Assembly (NCBI GenBank): GCA_002633005.1
Contig: NMRA01000506.1
Coordinates: 82,069 to 146,068, forward strand
Direction: 5' to 3'
Source: Phoronis australis
Taxonomy: Eukaryota > Animalia > Phoronida
Length of the DNA stretch: 64,000 bases
How positions within the stretch are numbered: position 1 is the stretch's first letter; every line of letters begins with the position of its first letter. The notes beneath the pieces are model-generated. The model saw only the letters and a program-made list of their open reading frames with translations. It was not told the origin of the DNA and did no database searches. Positions 38,101-48,730 of this stretch are shown here, piece after piece. The position numbers and the translations under genes are program-made.

Positions 38101-41100
38101 AGAGACGAGGATAATTCGCATTGCTATGAAATTGACCTAGGTCAATGACCCAAGCCAATATCATATTTCAGCACTGAGCAAAGCCAATGGATTTGAGCCA
38201 CTGTTGACCACATACCAGGTATTCTAGTGGCAAACCACAGTTGAGCCTCGTTGTTGGGTACTATGCCCTGCTGGATACCAGTAATTACACCAAAGGATGA
38301 CATCTTGTCCTATAAACACAATTTAAATCAGGTTAAGGTTAATATGTCAGATGATCATTAATAGAAAGGCGAGCACAATTACCTGAGCAACACACTTTAG
38401 AATTGACCATAAATTCATCTTGGGAAATATCCAATTTAATTAATGTTAAAATCATCACATTTCTCAGTAATCAGTAAAAGTTGCCTTAATCTGCTTTAGG
38501 GTAATTTTCAACCATGAAGTCATTTCACATGTCATAAAAAATTATTCGTCCACTGGCATTTTCAACCCATAAATTTAAAAAAAATAATTTATTTTTGAAT
38601 CCTCAGTTGAAAAATCTTAATCCATGTTCTAAAACATCACACAAACCTTTCAAGTCATGTTACTACCATTTTTTAAATAATCGTTTGTTATTACTTTGGA
38701 AAATTTAATGAAATTCTAAAAAAACATAAATTGCTGGTGACTATATATTCTCTTACTGTCATCCGCAGGAAAGTGTCTCAGACGCTTTTCTAAACATACC
38801 TTCAAATAACAGATACCAGCCATCACAGCCCTTCCTTAAAAAACGTCTAAACTCTTCATTTTTGACAGTCAACATCTCTATTATTTCAAGCAAAATTAAA
38901 TATTTTGACACAGGATTCCCTCAGTATTTATGGTCCTGGCTAAAGAGATAATTTGTTTTATTACCCCTATGAGTTTTGAACAGCCAAGCCCAAAATGAAA
39001 GCACAGAAACAAAAAAATGGATCAAAATCACCAACCCTCTGAGACTGTTTCCTCAGGTCCAACAGTAGGCTCGAGTCGTCACACTGTCGAACCATCTCCA
39101 CATAACTAGCTCTGACCACGTCCAAACACTTTCGGATGTCACTGCGGAACACAAACTCCTCTGGTGCTCTCGGCTGTAAATGACGCTGTTCTATAGGACT
39201 CACTCTCTCTCCAAATGCATGATCATCTTCCCAAAACACATTATTGTCTCTGGTCTGTCTAAGATATTGTTCTGCGTTAAAGGAATTTGATTTCTCTTTG
39301 GCAAGATCCATTTGAACAGCATAAAGATATTCATCAAATTCCTCATCACACTCCATTTTGTTTAAATGCCCGTGATTGGAATTAACATTAAAATCATTAC
39401 AATCACTACTGACGGAGTTCGGATAGCTCAAATGGCCATCGCTATGCTGCCTAGCAACAGGGTTGAAATGCATTGTAGGACGGCAAGATACGGCAAACAC
39501 ATTGTCCACCAAGTTCCGGGAATGCCTGGCATGATTTAGATATGGGCGGACGTCCATTTCTTCCCAACTACAGGCAGAGTCAGTCTTCTCAGATTTAAAA
39601 AAACAGCCCATGTGTGAATTATATCTCTGTGGCATTAGCTTGTGAGGTTCTAGCATGCTATTCTCCAACCGCTCTAGCGCAGACAGACTTTGCCGCGAGT
39701 TCAACATCTGCAACATGGGAGATTCTTTTTGCTGCGATTCATCGCGACCAATCATATTCCACTGAGGTGACAACGATCCCACTCTGGCTGAAGCATCAGT
39801 CAACTTCTGACGGACATAGCTTGTGCTAGACAGTGACTCGAACGAGCGCGTAGCCAGGCTGTTTCTCCGCACTTTCACAATATCCTCCTGAGCGTGCCCA
39901 GTCAGATGTGGCATGCTGCTTACGGACATCTTGCTGCGCTGCGGTCTGTACATATGACTCCTCGAACTTTTGTGCTTCACATCAGACGCCAATTCATCAC
40001 TTTCATTCTCGTCAGACATGCACGTGTCGTTAGCAGATGTCGCATTCAGATCAGAGTCGGACGGCTTTTTTGGACGACCCATTTTGATCGCTACAAACGG
40101 AAAGGATGAAACTGGTCTGAGTCATTGAATAGCATGTAACTGTGACAATAATAAGGAAACTATGAACATGTTACATCTAGGCTGTCATAACAGGCACACA
40201 TGAACGACACGCATTTTGAAATGAGAACGTTGACTCTCAGGTAGACATCAAGGACAGGTTGGCTGTCTTATGACGAAGGGCTATGTACAGTTTACAGTGT
40301 TCTCAGCAGGATTACTGTGGGTGCGGCAGTAATGACCTCAATGTTCAGCTAAGTACCAAAGGTAGAACATTGCGTTTTGGTTTCATTCTTTGTGAATCCT
40401 GGGTAATGGTAAGATTTAGTCTCCCCTTGGAACTAGACTGAAATATGACAATTTGGTGACTCAACGTTTTGTAAGTTAATGCAGCACAGTAGCTGCAGTC
40501 CCAATTGGTACAAAAACCAAATATCGAGCAAGCACAAGGGCTCAACATTTGAGTGCGTTGATTACAGTTGAGACGGGGGGGTGGGGGGGGGGTCAAAATT
40601 TGAGCTTGGCAAAAAACCGCACATAGAAAAATCCTGGTGAGAATACTGAGTTTACAATGAACAAAGCACACTTAAACTTTTTATGTGGATAACCTTGTAT
40701 TAAAATAAACAAAATTTGTACGATGTACTGTCAAAACAGCCTAGATGCCAAAGAATTACATTTTGAAGAAAAATTAGACGTGCATTGGACTCCAGCATGA
40801 ACTTTCAGTTCATAGTAAGGACAATAGGGGAAATGAAAGAAGATGGCACCATTTATGTGCTAATGTTATTAAAGGCGCATGACAACTTGTTAATGCAAAT
40901 GGCCAAAAGCAAACTATTTTTAGAAGCTATGAAGCGGGCAACAGCTTTTCAAGCTAAATTAATGTGCATCATAAACTACATTACTGGTGCACCCACGACT
41001 ATCAAGGCATTAAAGGCAAGCACCCAACCATGATCCCCCGAGGACAGGGTGCTCTTGTGACCTCCATATATGCTTCCCCGGTTTCAGGGAAACCGCGTGA

Positions 41101-44100
41101 TGGTTGACTGATCAGTTGAAAGACATCTTTATGAACAGTCAAACCAATTACTATACAACACAACATGACACGCCTGGTACCACAAGGGTGTGGGCGTCTT
41201 GCAATAATAGCATTGGACAACAACAACAACAACAACACAATTACTTTTGATTCGTTCCCATTATAAACTAGCAATACCGGTACCCTTAAACTGTTATCAT
41301 GCAGCAACAACATTTTTTATGTCAAAACACAAGAAAACAAGATGTAAACCACAGGTTTGGAAATTAAGTACAGCATCATTTTTACGCTTTCAAGTGATAA
41401 GAGGATTAAGTAAATTGAATTTATTCACTTCTTGTCAAACAGTGAGTGACTTGTGATGCCGGTACAAGTTACTACGTAACACAGGCTGCTTGAAAAAGAT
41501 GGACCTAGTTTGACACAGCCACACAACAATTTCCATTCCACCTTTCCGAAACCTTCAGTATTTACTGCTGAAAACCACATCCTTGGGATTATAGTATGAT
41601 GAGTCATTAGGTTTGACAGAATCTATCTGTTTTTGTAATTTTATTACAAATTGACAATTCTCGCCATTGTTTGCCGAAATGCAGGCCGGCGATGTAACCA
41701 GTTAAATAGGTTTAATTCATTCTTTCACTGCAAAATGTTTAGACCTCATTTCCTAGTGCCAAATAATTTTTGAAGATAGCATTTTATAGGGTGAAATCAG
41801 TGAAAACGCTTTAAAATCCTTATTTATAGGAGGATATTAATTGTTACGAAACTTTCAGAGTAAGATGTACACAAAGGTCAGAATCCAGTCAGTAACAAGA
41901 GATACTCTCAAAGCCAAAACCAAACAACATACGCATTTAATTTTGAGAAATAATCGGTGAGCAGCAGACCCAAGAAATCAGGAAGGGGGCTTTTATAATG
42001 TTCAAAATACAAGCGTTTGTGACAGCAATGAAAAAACAGATGGAAACAACATGGCAGTGTTTTTTGAGACGCTGCATTATGACTGGGAAGGTGGCTTGGT
42101 CTTGCTACCCCCCCACCCTGACCCCAACCCCCATGCAGGAATAACTATCCCCTAACTCACCATCTCTGCTCATACCAACAGTCACACACTTCATGTACCG
42201 GCAGAAGCGGCAAGCATTTCTACTGCGAGGAGTGATTGGACACGCTTGGCCCTCCTTACACGCATAAGTGTCCGCTTCTTTAAGTCCACGACGGAAGAAT
42301 TTCTAAGCAAAAATCAGAGAAATAGATGAGAAATTGTTTGACTCGTATCACTTGTCGCAGACTGAGTTATGCAACACGCAGCAGTCTTTGAGGGTAAACA
42401 ACCGTTGTCAGCAGTAAACTTTTCTGACGAAAAAGTGATCAATTTTGTTTAGCAGTTGGCGTCATTAGGAACTACTTTTGAGCTGTGTCACAACGCTGGA
42501 GACTGCAACCACTGTATTGCATATTTAGTTATTATCTAGGCAACTATTTCATGCACACAGCTCAGTCTAAATATCACTAATGTCATTGTCATTGCTTTTC
42601 ATCTCCATGAGACGTATTTTACCACCTATTTTAAATGAAATTCACTTATGTTTGATAAATGAATATTACATTAATCTAATATTCTTAAGTACTGGATATT
42701 TAATAAACATCACTGTTATTGATCATACCGTACATTTATGGCAGGTAACTTCTGACCTGTCGTGGCTGTAAATATCCAGAGGTTGGGTATAGCCGACTTG
42801 GAGATGGAAAAGGATACCACGGAATTATCAAGAGCTAATGACTGATGATGATGCAATCTGAACTTTTAATTTATAATGTAAAAATCAATGCAAATTTCAC
42901 CAACCTTACACCCCTCGCAGGTGTTGACTCCAAAATGAATTCCATTGGCGATATCCCCACACACCTTACAAAGACTCTGACCCAAAGCTGGCTCTATTAC
43001 TTCAGGTTTTTCTTGAAACAAACAAACAAACAAACAATTGTAACATATCGCTTCTCAGAAATTCCACCTGCTTATTTGAAAACAAAAACATAGTGGCACG
43101 TACGTGCAAGACAGACTTACACTTTAACAGAACTTGCCAATTGGCCGCATGAGTCATCAACCACGTATATGTTATGGAATTGTGCTTCTGATCGTTAAAT
43201 ACGAGACCTAAGGGTTGTCATTTTGATCTGCACCTGGAGAACACTTATTTTTGTTTTCTCTCCGGTATTTTCATATTCACCTGACCCCAGCAGGAATAAC
43301 ATCAAGGTCAACGTACTCTGTAAATGTGGATCATAATGACATCACAAGTTGCTAGAGATGGCACGGAAGTGACACTGCGACTACTTATAAGAGATCGAAA
43401 GTAGCAAATCAATTTCCTTTGTATTCAAAAGAAAAAGCTGGAGTAACACATAAATGCACGTTTTGTGGGGCTGAGAACAGAAGGATGAATTTACCATCGA
43501 GAAAATGACAATCTTTATCTAATAATTATGCACATAGAAAAATGGAAGAAGGATGGATAATTATATTATTTTGCCAAATTTTCCAACACAAATGTCATTT
43601 TCTTACAAGAGGATGAAATACCTCTAAAGTCCAGCTTTGATTCCCTTTACTACAGTCTCGGAGCAGTAAACATCGAACGTGTGGTACAAATTCCATATCT
43701 GCGTACCACAGGTTTGGTGTTTGCTGGCACAGCTCTGGACTTAAGGGGTTCAAAGCTCTGGAATTTAGAGGCGCTGTCGTGGAATGGCATCAACACTCTC
43801 TATTAGTCTGATCTGTATAGAATCACCAACACACGACTCAATATTTTTGATTATCAAAACGCTGAAAAATAAAAATGTCAGCTCTCGTAACTACACATAG
43901 CTACTAGAAGCGAATATCCATCAAAAAGTTTTTTCTCCCTCTAGAATAAAATTGGTCAACTGAATCAAGTGTTTTAAGTAGCTTTACCAACAAAAGGAAG
44001 AAATTCAACAAACACGAAATCACGATTGACAAGCCAGAATCCAGGGCAAGATGCATTTATCAGCAGATGGCATATGAATTGAGATATTTTACCCGAAATA

Positions 44101-45804
44101 ATAAAGACATTGTTCTTCATTATCGCAAAGAGCATTGGTCGGTTATAGTATTGAGCGCCAACGTGAGAGCGAGCACTGCTACGGAATTACGGGAGCTAGG
44201 ACTGGAAGGAAGGTAGTGACAGAAGCTTAAGTTGTCTACATCTCGACTAAAGGCTGAAAGTTGAATAGTTTGCTCCATCCAATGTTTGTTTATACTCTCA
44301 TGACCTCAATGTTGTATACTTACAGTGTTGGACTCAACACATAACCTAATAGAATGCGATACACTACAACAGAACATACCTTTTCGGCACATTCCAGCCA
44401 CCAGGCAGCGCTGAAAGCGACAGTACTGACACCGATGGCGTATTGGTCCTGGATAACCGCAGTTGATATCGTTCTGGCATTTAAGTCTCGTCGGCTCGCC
44501 TTCTTTGGTACAGCGAATGAAAAAACTCTAAAAAGAAAAGGCGAGAGCTGCCGGAACTACTGAACAACAAGAGAGGAAGTGTTTTCAAACGCTTTAAAAG
44601 CCACATGCATGTCACATAATTGAATTGATTTCTTAATGAATTCTTACAATGAAACAACGTGCAAGGTTTCTCTGTACTGTATTTTGCATAACAAATTTTT
44701 TCATTAAGTTCATTAATGGCCAAGACCTTGTTCTTGTTGCCACCATTATCTTAAACCATGCAAGTTCTCATGTTGGCCATACTGTGTGCAACATAAATAA
44801 AAAACAACCGTACTTGGCGTCATGTAAACTAAACAGACAGGAAACTTGGTTTTGCATTTTTACTAAAGAGCTCACACGCTACTGGGAGGTAGTTCAAACA
44901 TTGTTAAAGCGAGATAATCTCTCTGAGTTCCATTTTAAACAAAAATAATAGCTGAAATCGCAATGGCTAGTAATATTGTTACTTAAAAAGTTAAAAATCA
45001 GGAAAGCCATCTCGTTCAAACTGTAGGCAGTGATGAAGTTAAAGTTAATTTTTGAGAAATTATTACAAAATAAAGTTCCACACCTCCGTCACTGTGAGGT
45101 ACATCAAATATTACCGTAGATTTCACTGCCCAATAACCAGATGGGTCACAACACTAAAAGGTCAGACTGACTAATGACAGATCATATAGAGGCAAGCTCA
45201 CATATTTCTCACCTTGCACGGCAAGCATACGATGGCACCGAAGTACATGCCGCTGGCATCAGCTCCGCACACGCTACACCCCTTGGTCTGCAATGACCGC
45301 TTCAAGTTCCCCTCAATTTCCTCCTCAGCTTTGATTTTTTCCACAATTCCCTTAACCATGGCCGTCTCATTGAGAGGAGGTAAGGCTTTTCCCATGTCTT
45401 CTCTCAGATCATTGTCCGAGGTCACCATGTCCACCACGTCACATTGAGTAGACAGCACACCCCTGTCATCAGTTAATTCCTGATGTTGCACACCATTTGC
45501 CGGGACAGTATGTAACTGGGTTTCCATGGTATCTCTCTTGTCGTTGTCAATGACGTTAACATCGTCTATTTGCACTGGGGACGGATGCAACACATCTGGG
45601 ACTGATGGCAATCCCTCGTAGCGGAGGTCGATATCTGGTAGCGACAAGGGCGAGCCACTGAAGGGCGACATACATCCATCACGGTCGCTGCAAGTTCCAT
45701 CAGTCACAAAGCTGATAGAACTGGTATCACTGGCTGCGAGTTCAAGAGTCACATTTCGTCTAGGACTGTAGTCAATGGGAGCTTCTTGATCAGCACTGCT
45801 ATTA
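35018..45804 (-). CDS. 2DBD-NR: nuclear receptor with two DNA-binding domains (2DBD-NR, CLPCKS-CEGCKK type); complement(join(35018..35175,35534..35614,37548..37808,38216..38309,39036..40090,42161..42302,42905..43011,44380..44527,45213..45804)); 5' end not located
   Basis: DBD1 is CSVCGADASGMYFGAIVCLPCKSFFIRCTKEGEPTRLKCQNDINCGYPGPIRHRCQYCRFQRCLVAGM. DBD2 is CKVCGDIANGIHFGVNTCEGCKKFFRRGLKEADTYACKEGQACPITPRSRNACRFCRYMKCVTVGM. C-terminal extension SRDAIKMGRPKK. LBD signature FATRIPGFCNLCREDQMILLK. All 8 introns are GT-AG with matching phases. Confidence 0.93.
35534..35614 (-). CDS. 2DBD-NR: 2DBD-NR exon: LBD helix 9
   Basis: Encodes (D)YLELTDTDKIHKLYSMMLKALDAYVY. Acceptor atttcag; donor C|GTAAGT. 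Confidence 0.88.
35728..37249. mobile_element. ~1.5-kb non-autonomous DNA transposon with TA TSD (Tc1/mariner-like) in 2DBD-NR intron
   Basis: TA|CCCTATTCGCCATAATAACCGCCCA ... TGGGCGGTTATTACGGCAAATATAG|TA. Subterminal GGGCGCTTA-type repeats at both ends, CpG-rich interior, no transposase ORF. Confidence 0.75.
37548..37808 (-). CDS. 2DBD-NR: 2DBD-NR exon: LBD helices 4-8
   Basis: Encodes (G)FCNLCREDQMILLKYGSFQIGMV...MDDTEASMLCSLILLSE. Acceptor ccctag; donor G|GTACGT. Confidence 0.92.
38216..38309 (-). CDS. 2DBD-NR: 2DBD-NR exon: LBD helix 3 region
   Basis: Encodes DKMSSFGVITGIQQGIVPNNEAQLWFATRIP(G). Acceptor tttatag; donor G|GTATGT. Confidence 0.87.
39036..40090 (-). CDS. 2DBD-NR: 2DBD-NR exon: C-terminal extension plus long hinge (about 351 codons)
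   Basis: Encodes (A)IKMGRPKK...LLLDLRKQSQR, matching ORF 38967..40082. Acceptor tttgtag; donor AGG|GTTGGT chosen by phase match to the next exon. Confidence 0.88.
42161..42302 (-). CDS. 2DBD-NR: 2DBD-NR exon: second zinc finger of DBD2
   Basis: Encodes KFFRRGLKEADTYACKEGQACPITPRSRNACRFCRYMKCVTVGMSRD. Acceptor cttag; donor G|GTGAGT. Confidence 0.94.
42905..43011 (-). CDS. 2DBD-NR: 2DBD-NR exon: inter-DBD linker plus first zinc finger of DBD2 (P-box CEGCK)
   Basis: Encodes (E)KPEVIEPALGQSLCKVCGDIANGIHFGVNTCEGCK. Acceptor is a (TTTG)n tract plus caag; donor AAG|GTTGGT. Confidence 0.92.
44380..44527 (-). CDS. 2DBD-NR: 2DBD-NR exon: second zinc finger of DBD1
   Basis: Encodes SFFIRCTKEGEPTRLKCQNDINCGYPGPIRHRCQYCRFQRCLVAGMCRK. 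Acceptor ttttag; donor G|GTATGT. Not in the ORF track. Confidence 0.93.
45213..45804 (-). CDS. 2DBD-NR: 2DBD-NR exon: acidic A/B region plus first zinc finger of DBD1 (P-box CLPCK)
   Basis: Within ORF 45198..45821. Acceptor atttcag; donor AAG|GTGAGA, phase 0. Confidence 0.9.
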
Positions 45805-48702
45805 CTGAAATAAATATACACCCGGTATTTACATTTCTATCACTATCGATAAGATCATTATACTCTTATGAACATAATAAGGTTATGTAAGACCCTACAA
45901 AATGTACAAATATGGCTAATGTTAGAACATGTCAGAAATGACAGATCGCGCTCTAATGAAATTTTCAGATACTACGCTTCGTGCAGTGTTTTTCCAAAAC
46001 GATATTAGGAATTACTTTTAAGTGTTCCACTTTTGCATGAAGGGCTTTCAAAAATAAGATTTCTTGTAATTTTTATGAAAAACATAACAAAAGATGCATA
46101 AAATGAAAACAAAATTATAATTGAAAACAATGAGACACGGTTTTTGAGATTTCATCTTGAACATTTATACCATTCAAACAAAATCTGCTCATGTTACTGA
46201 TACAGTTGCTTCGCAGTAATGGACCTTTTTCGCTAAAATTTACCAAAAATACATGGTTATGTACCCCAATAAGTGACAAACTGTTATGTCACGAGTCGAA
46301 TTCTATAGGGTTTCTACTTTCATAAAATACATTCTTTTACCGTTCTACAGTTTTGTACATAGTTTGTTCAATGCACAGACTTGCCAATAGTTCTAAACAA
46401 CCTCGACACATTTTGATGATGTTCTCGTGGAGGTACCTGAAGATTTCACAGTGTGCCAGTATTTATTAGAAAACCTGCCCTCCACGCATTTCTTTATCAC
46501 AATCACGACCATTGTCCCAAATGTCGCAATTACATTAAACACATCAGAAAAAATTCAAAAACCTGTAATGCCACCTCAAATACACCAAGATCTACAACGA
46601 ACAACGACCTCTGGTGGTTGAACAGATAAAGCAATACTAGGGACACCTATCTGTAGTACCAGAAACAATAATTCACGAAACAATCATATTACCCAAATTG
46701 CTACTATTATTCATCAGTAGAGGTATTACTGTTAAATGTATTATAACCCATATAATACTTTTATTAAATCCCAGTGCTATGGCATACGATAATTCATTTT
46801 GACTCTTCTCCTTGAATAGCTTTACTAACTCTACCCGAACCGTAATGCAGCTCATTTGCACTGCCACTTTGTAGCAAGAGATCTGATGTGCATTTAAAAA
46901 CATCATAAACATGAAACTAAATTATTTTTACTACATAAATTTTTCACAAATACATATATGAAAAACATCAAGTAAAATAAAGACCTTTTATCATTTTAGT
47001 GACTGTTTGCCAACTCAGCAATAGCCCTTTGCCAACCTTATACTGACAGAAACTCAGTGGGTGCATACATTATTTACCTGTCTGGTTTATAGCCATAGTT
47101 AAAATAAATGCCTACTCAATAAGAAGCCAGGTGCCAAACACTGAATAACATTCCTTTAACACAAATACCATTTAAGTGACAACCTGCTTCAAACATGAAC
47201 GTGGTTGCTGTAAAATTATCATTTGAAAAACACAACTCAGTGATTCTCTAGGTTTTAATGGCAACTATCACCATTTTTCCTTAATTATATTTGTTCTCAA
47301 AATTACAAATTTTCTTGCAAATAACAACTTTTTCCTCATCAAAACATTTTTTATCACATAATTACAACTTTTTTTCATAATTTCAAATCTGTTCTCATAT
47401 CAGGCATTAAATTCTAGATCAGCAAGGACTCAATAGGATCCTCCAGGGAGTTAATAAACGCCTGGGGGTCAACTGGGGGTCCACGGGGATCCAGCAGTTG
47501 TCGCCCCATTCCTATACCATTAACACAATGTGTATTTAGGCTATGGGGAAATTCTTAAAAGTTAATACAGAAATCAATTTTTCCTCCGTCTCTCATCCCC
47601 GCGCACTCAACTTCCTCAAGGGGTGCTTGAAACACACTGGTCACACTCACAAGTTTTTGTATTCTCCAAATCCTCTGTTCGAAATAGTGCTGGTAATATA
47701 CGGTACTTGCTCCACACTTCTCTTCCTTGAGAAAGGGAGATATCTCACATAGATCAATCCAAACTGCACTCATCATCGGATGAGATCCTGGATGTGATGC
47801 GTTCCATGTGGTCCTTTAATACGCTAATACCTTAAGCCTTATGCCTTAGTCCCATATCAGCAATGCTTAGCCTATCCTGACCATTGAGTTCTATCACCAT
47901 GGTTACCATCACTGGACCTTTTTAATTACCAGTAGTAACTAGGTATACCTGGTCAAATAAAGCTTCTGGCACTGATCCACTGAAATTCAAGGTTCAGGTT
48001 ATGTACGACCATAGAGAAAGGTCAAATTTTTGGCTAACTTCAGAACATCATATCTCAGAAACGGCTGATCAAATTCATATGAGACTCTCTGTCTCACATA
48101 CTATTCACTTCAAAATGCTGTTATGATTTGGTTTTAATTCAAGATGTTCCAGTTTTGCACGAGGGGCTATAACAATGGGGCTTTCTTTATTTTATGGAAA
48201 GACTATCGAAAACATTAGCCAAACGCTACAAGAGCAGTAGCTATATCTAGGTGTACACTTCTCCGGCATACAATACACAAGATACATTGGCGATGTGTGT
48301 TTTGTACATAGTCTTGAACCAATAATTTATATAATTTAAATCAACTAGTGAGTATTTAACAAAGTTGTACTTATGAGACTAAAAGTTGTATCAAATTTAT
48401 TAAAGCCCTCTTAAATACTAGAAAAAAAGTGGTTATAACAAGGAATATTCATACCGTACTCGCTCACGGCACTGTAACAGCGTTTTTGAGATTTCCTCTT
48501 AACATTTTATATCAAATGAAATTTACTCACTTTTTGTTCTTAGTTCCGTTGATTTCCTATTAATGTGCCTTCCTCTTTTGTTAAGTGAAATACACTATTA
48601 CATGATCGTGTGACTCTATGCACAATTTGTATTAAGTCAAAAATCAAATTCTCCAGGCTTTCAACTTCCTGATATGTATAAACATATAACATGTTTACTG
48701 AG

Positions 48703-48730
48703 TTCATTCATTCATTCATTCATTCATTCA
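48703..48730 (+). repeat. (TTCA)n microsatellite
   Basis: ttcattcattcattcattcattcattca. Confidence 0.85.

Noticed and set aside
47078-47096. ATGGCTATAAACCAGACAG|GTAAAT as the first coding exon of the receptor
   Set aside because: The donor is phase 1 relative to this ATG, while all acceptors at ~45804 need phase 2. It could only work as a non-coding exon or through an unseen exon.
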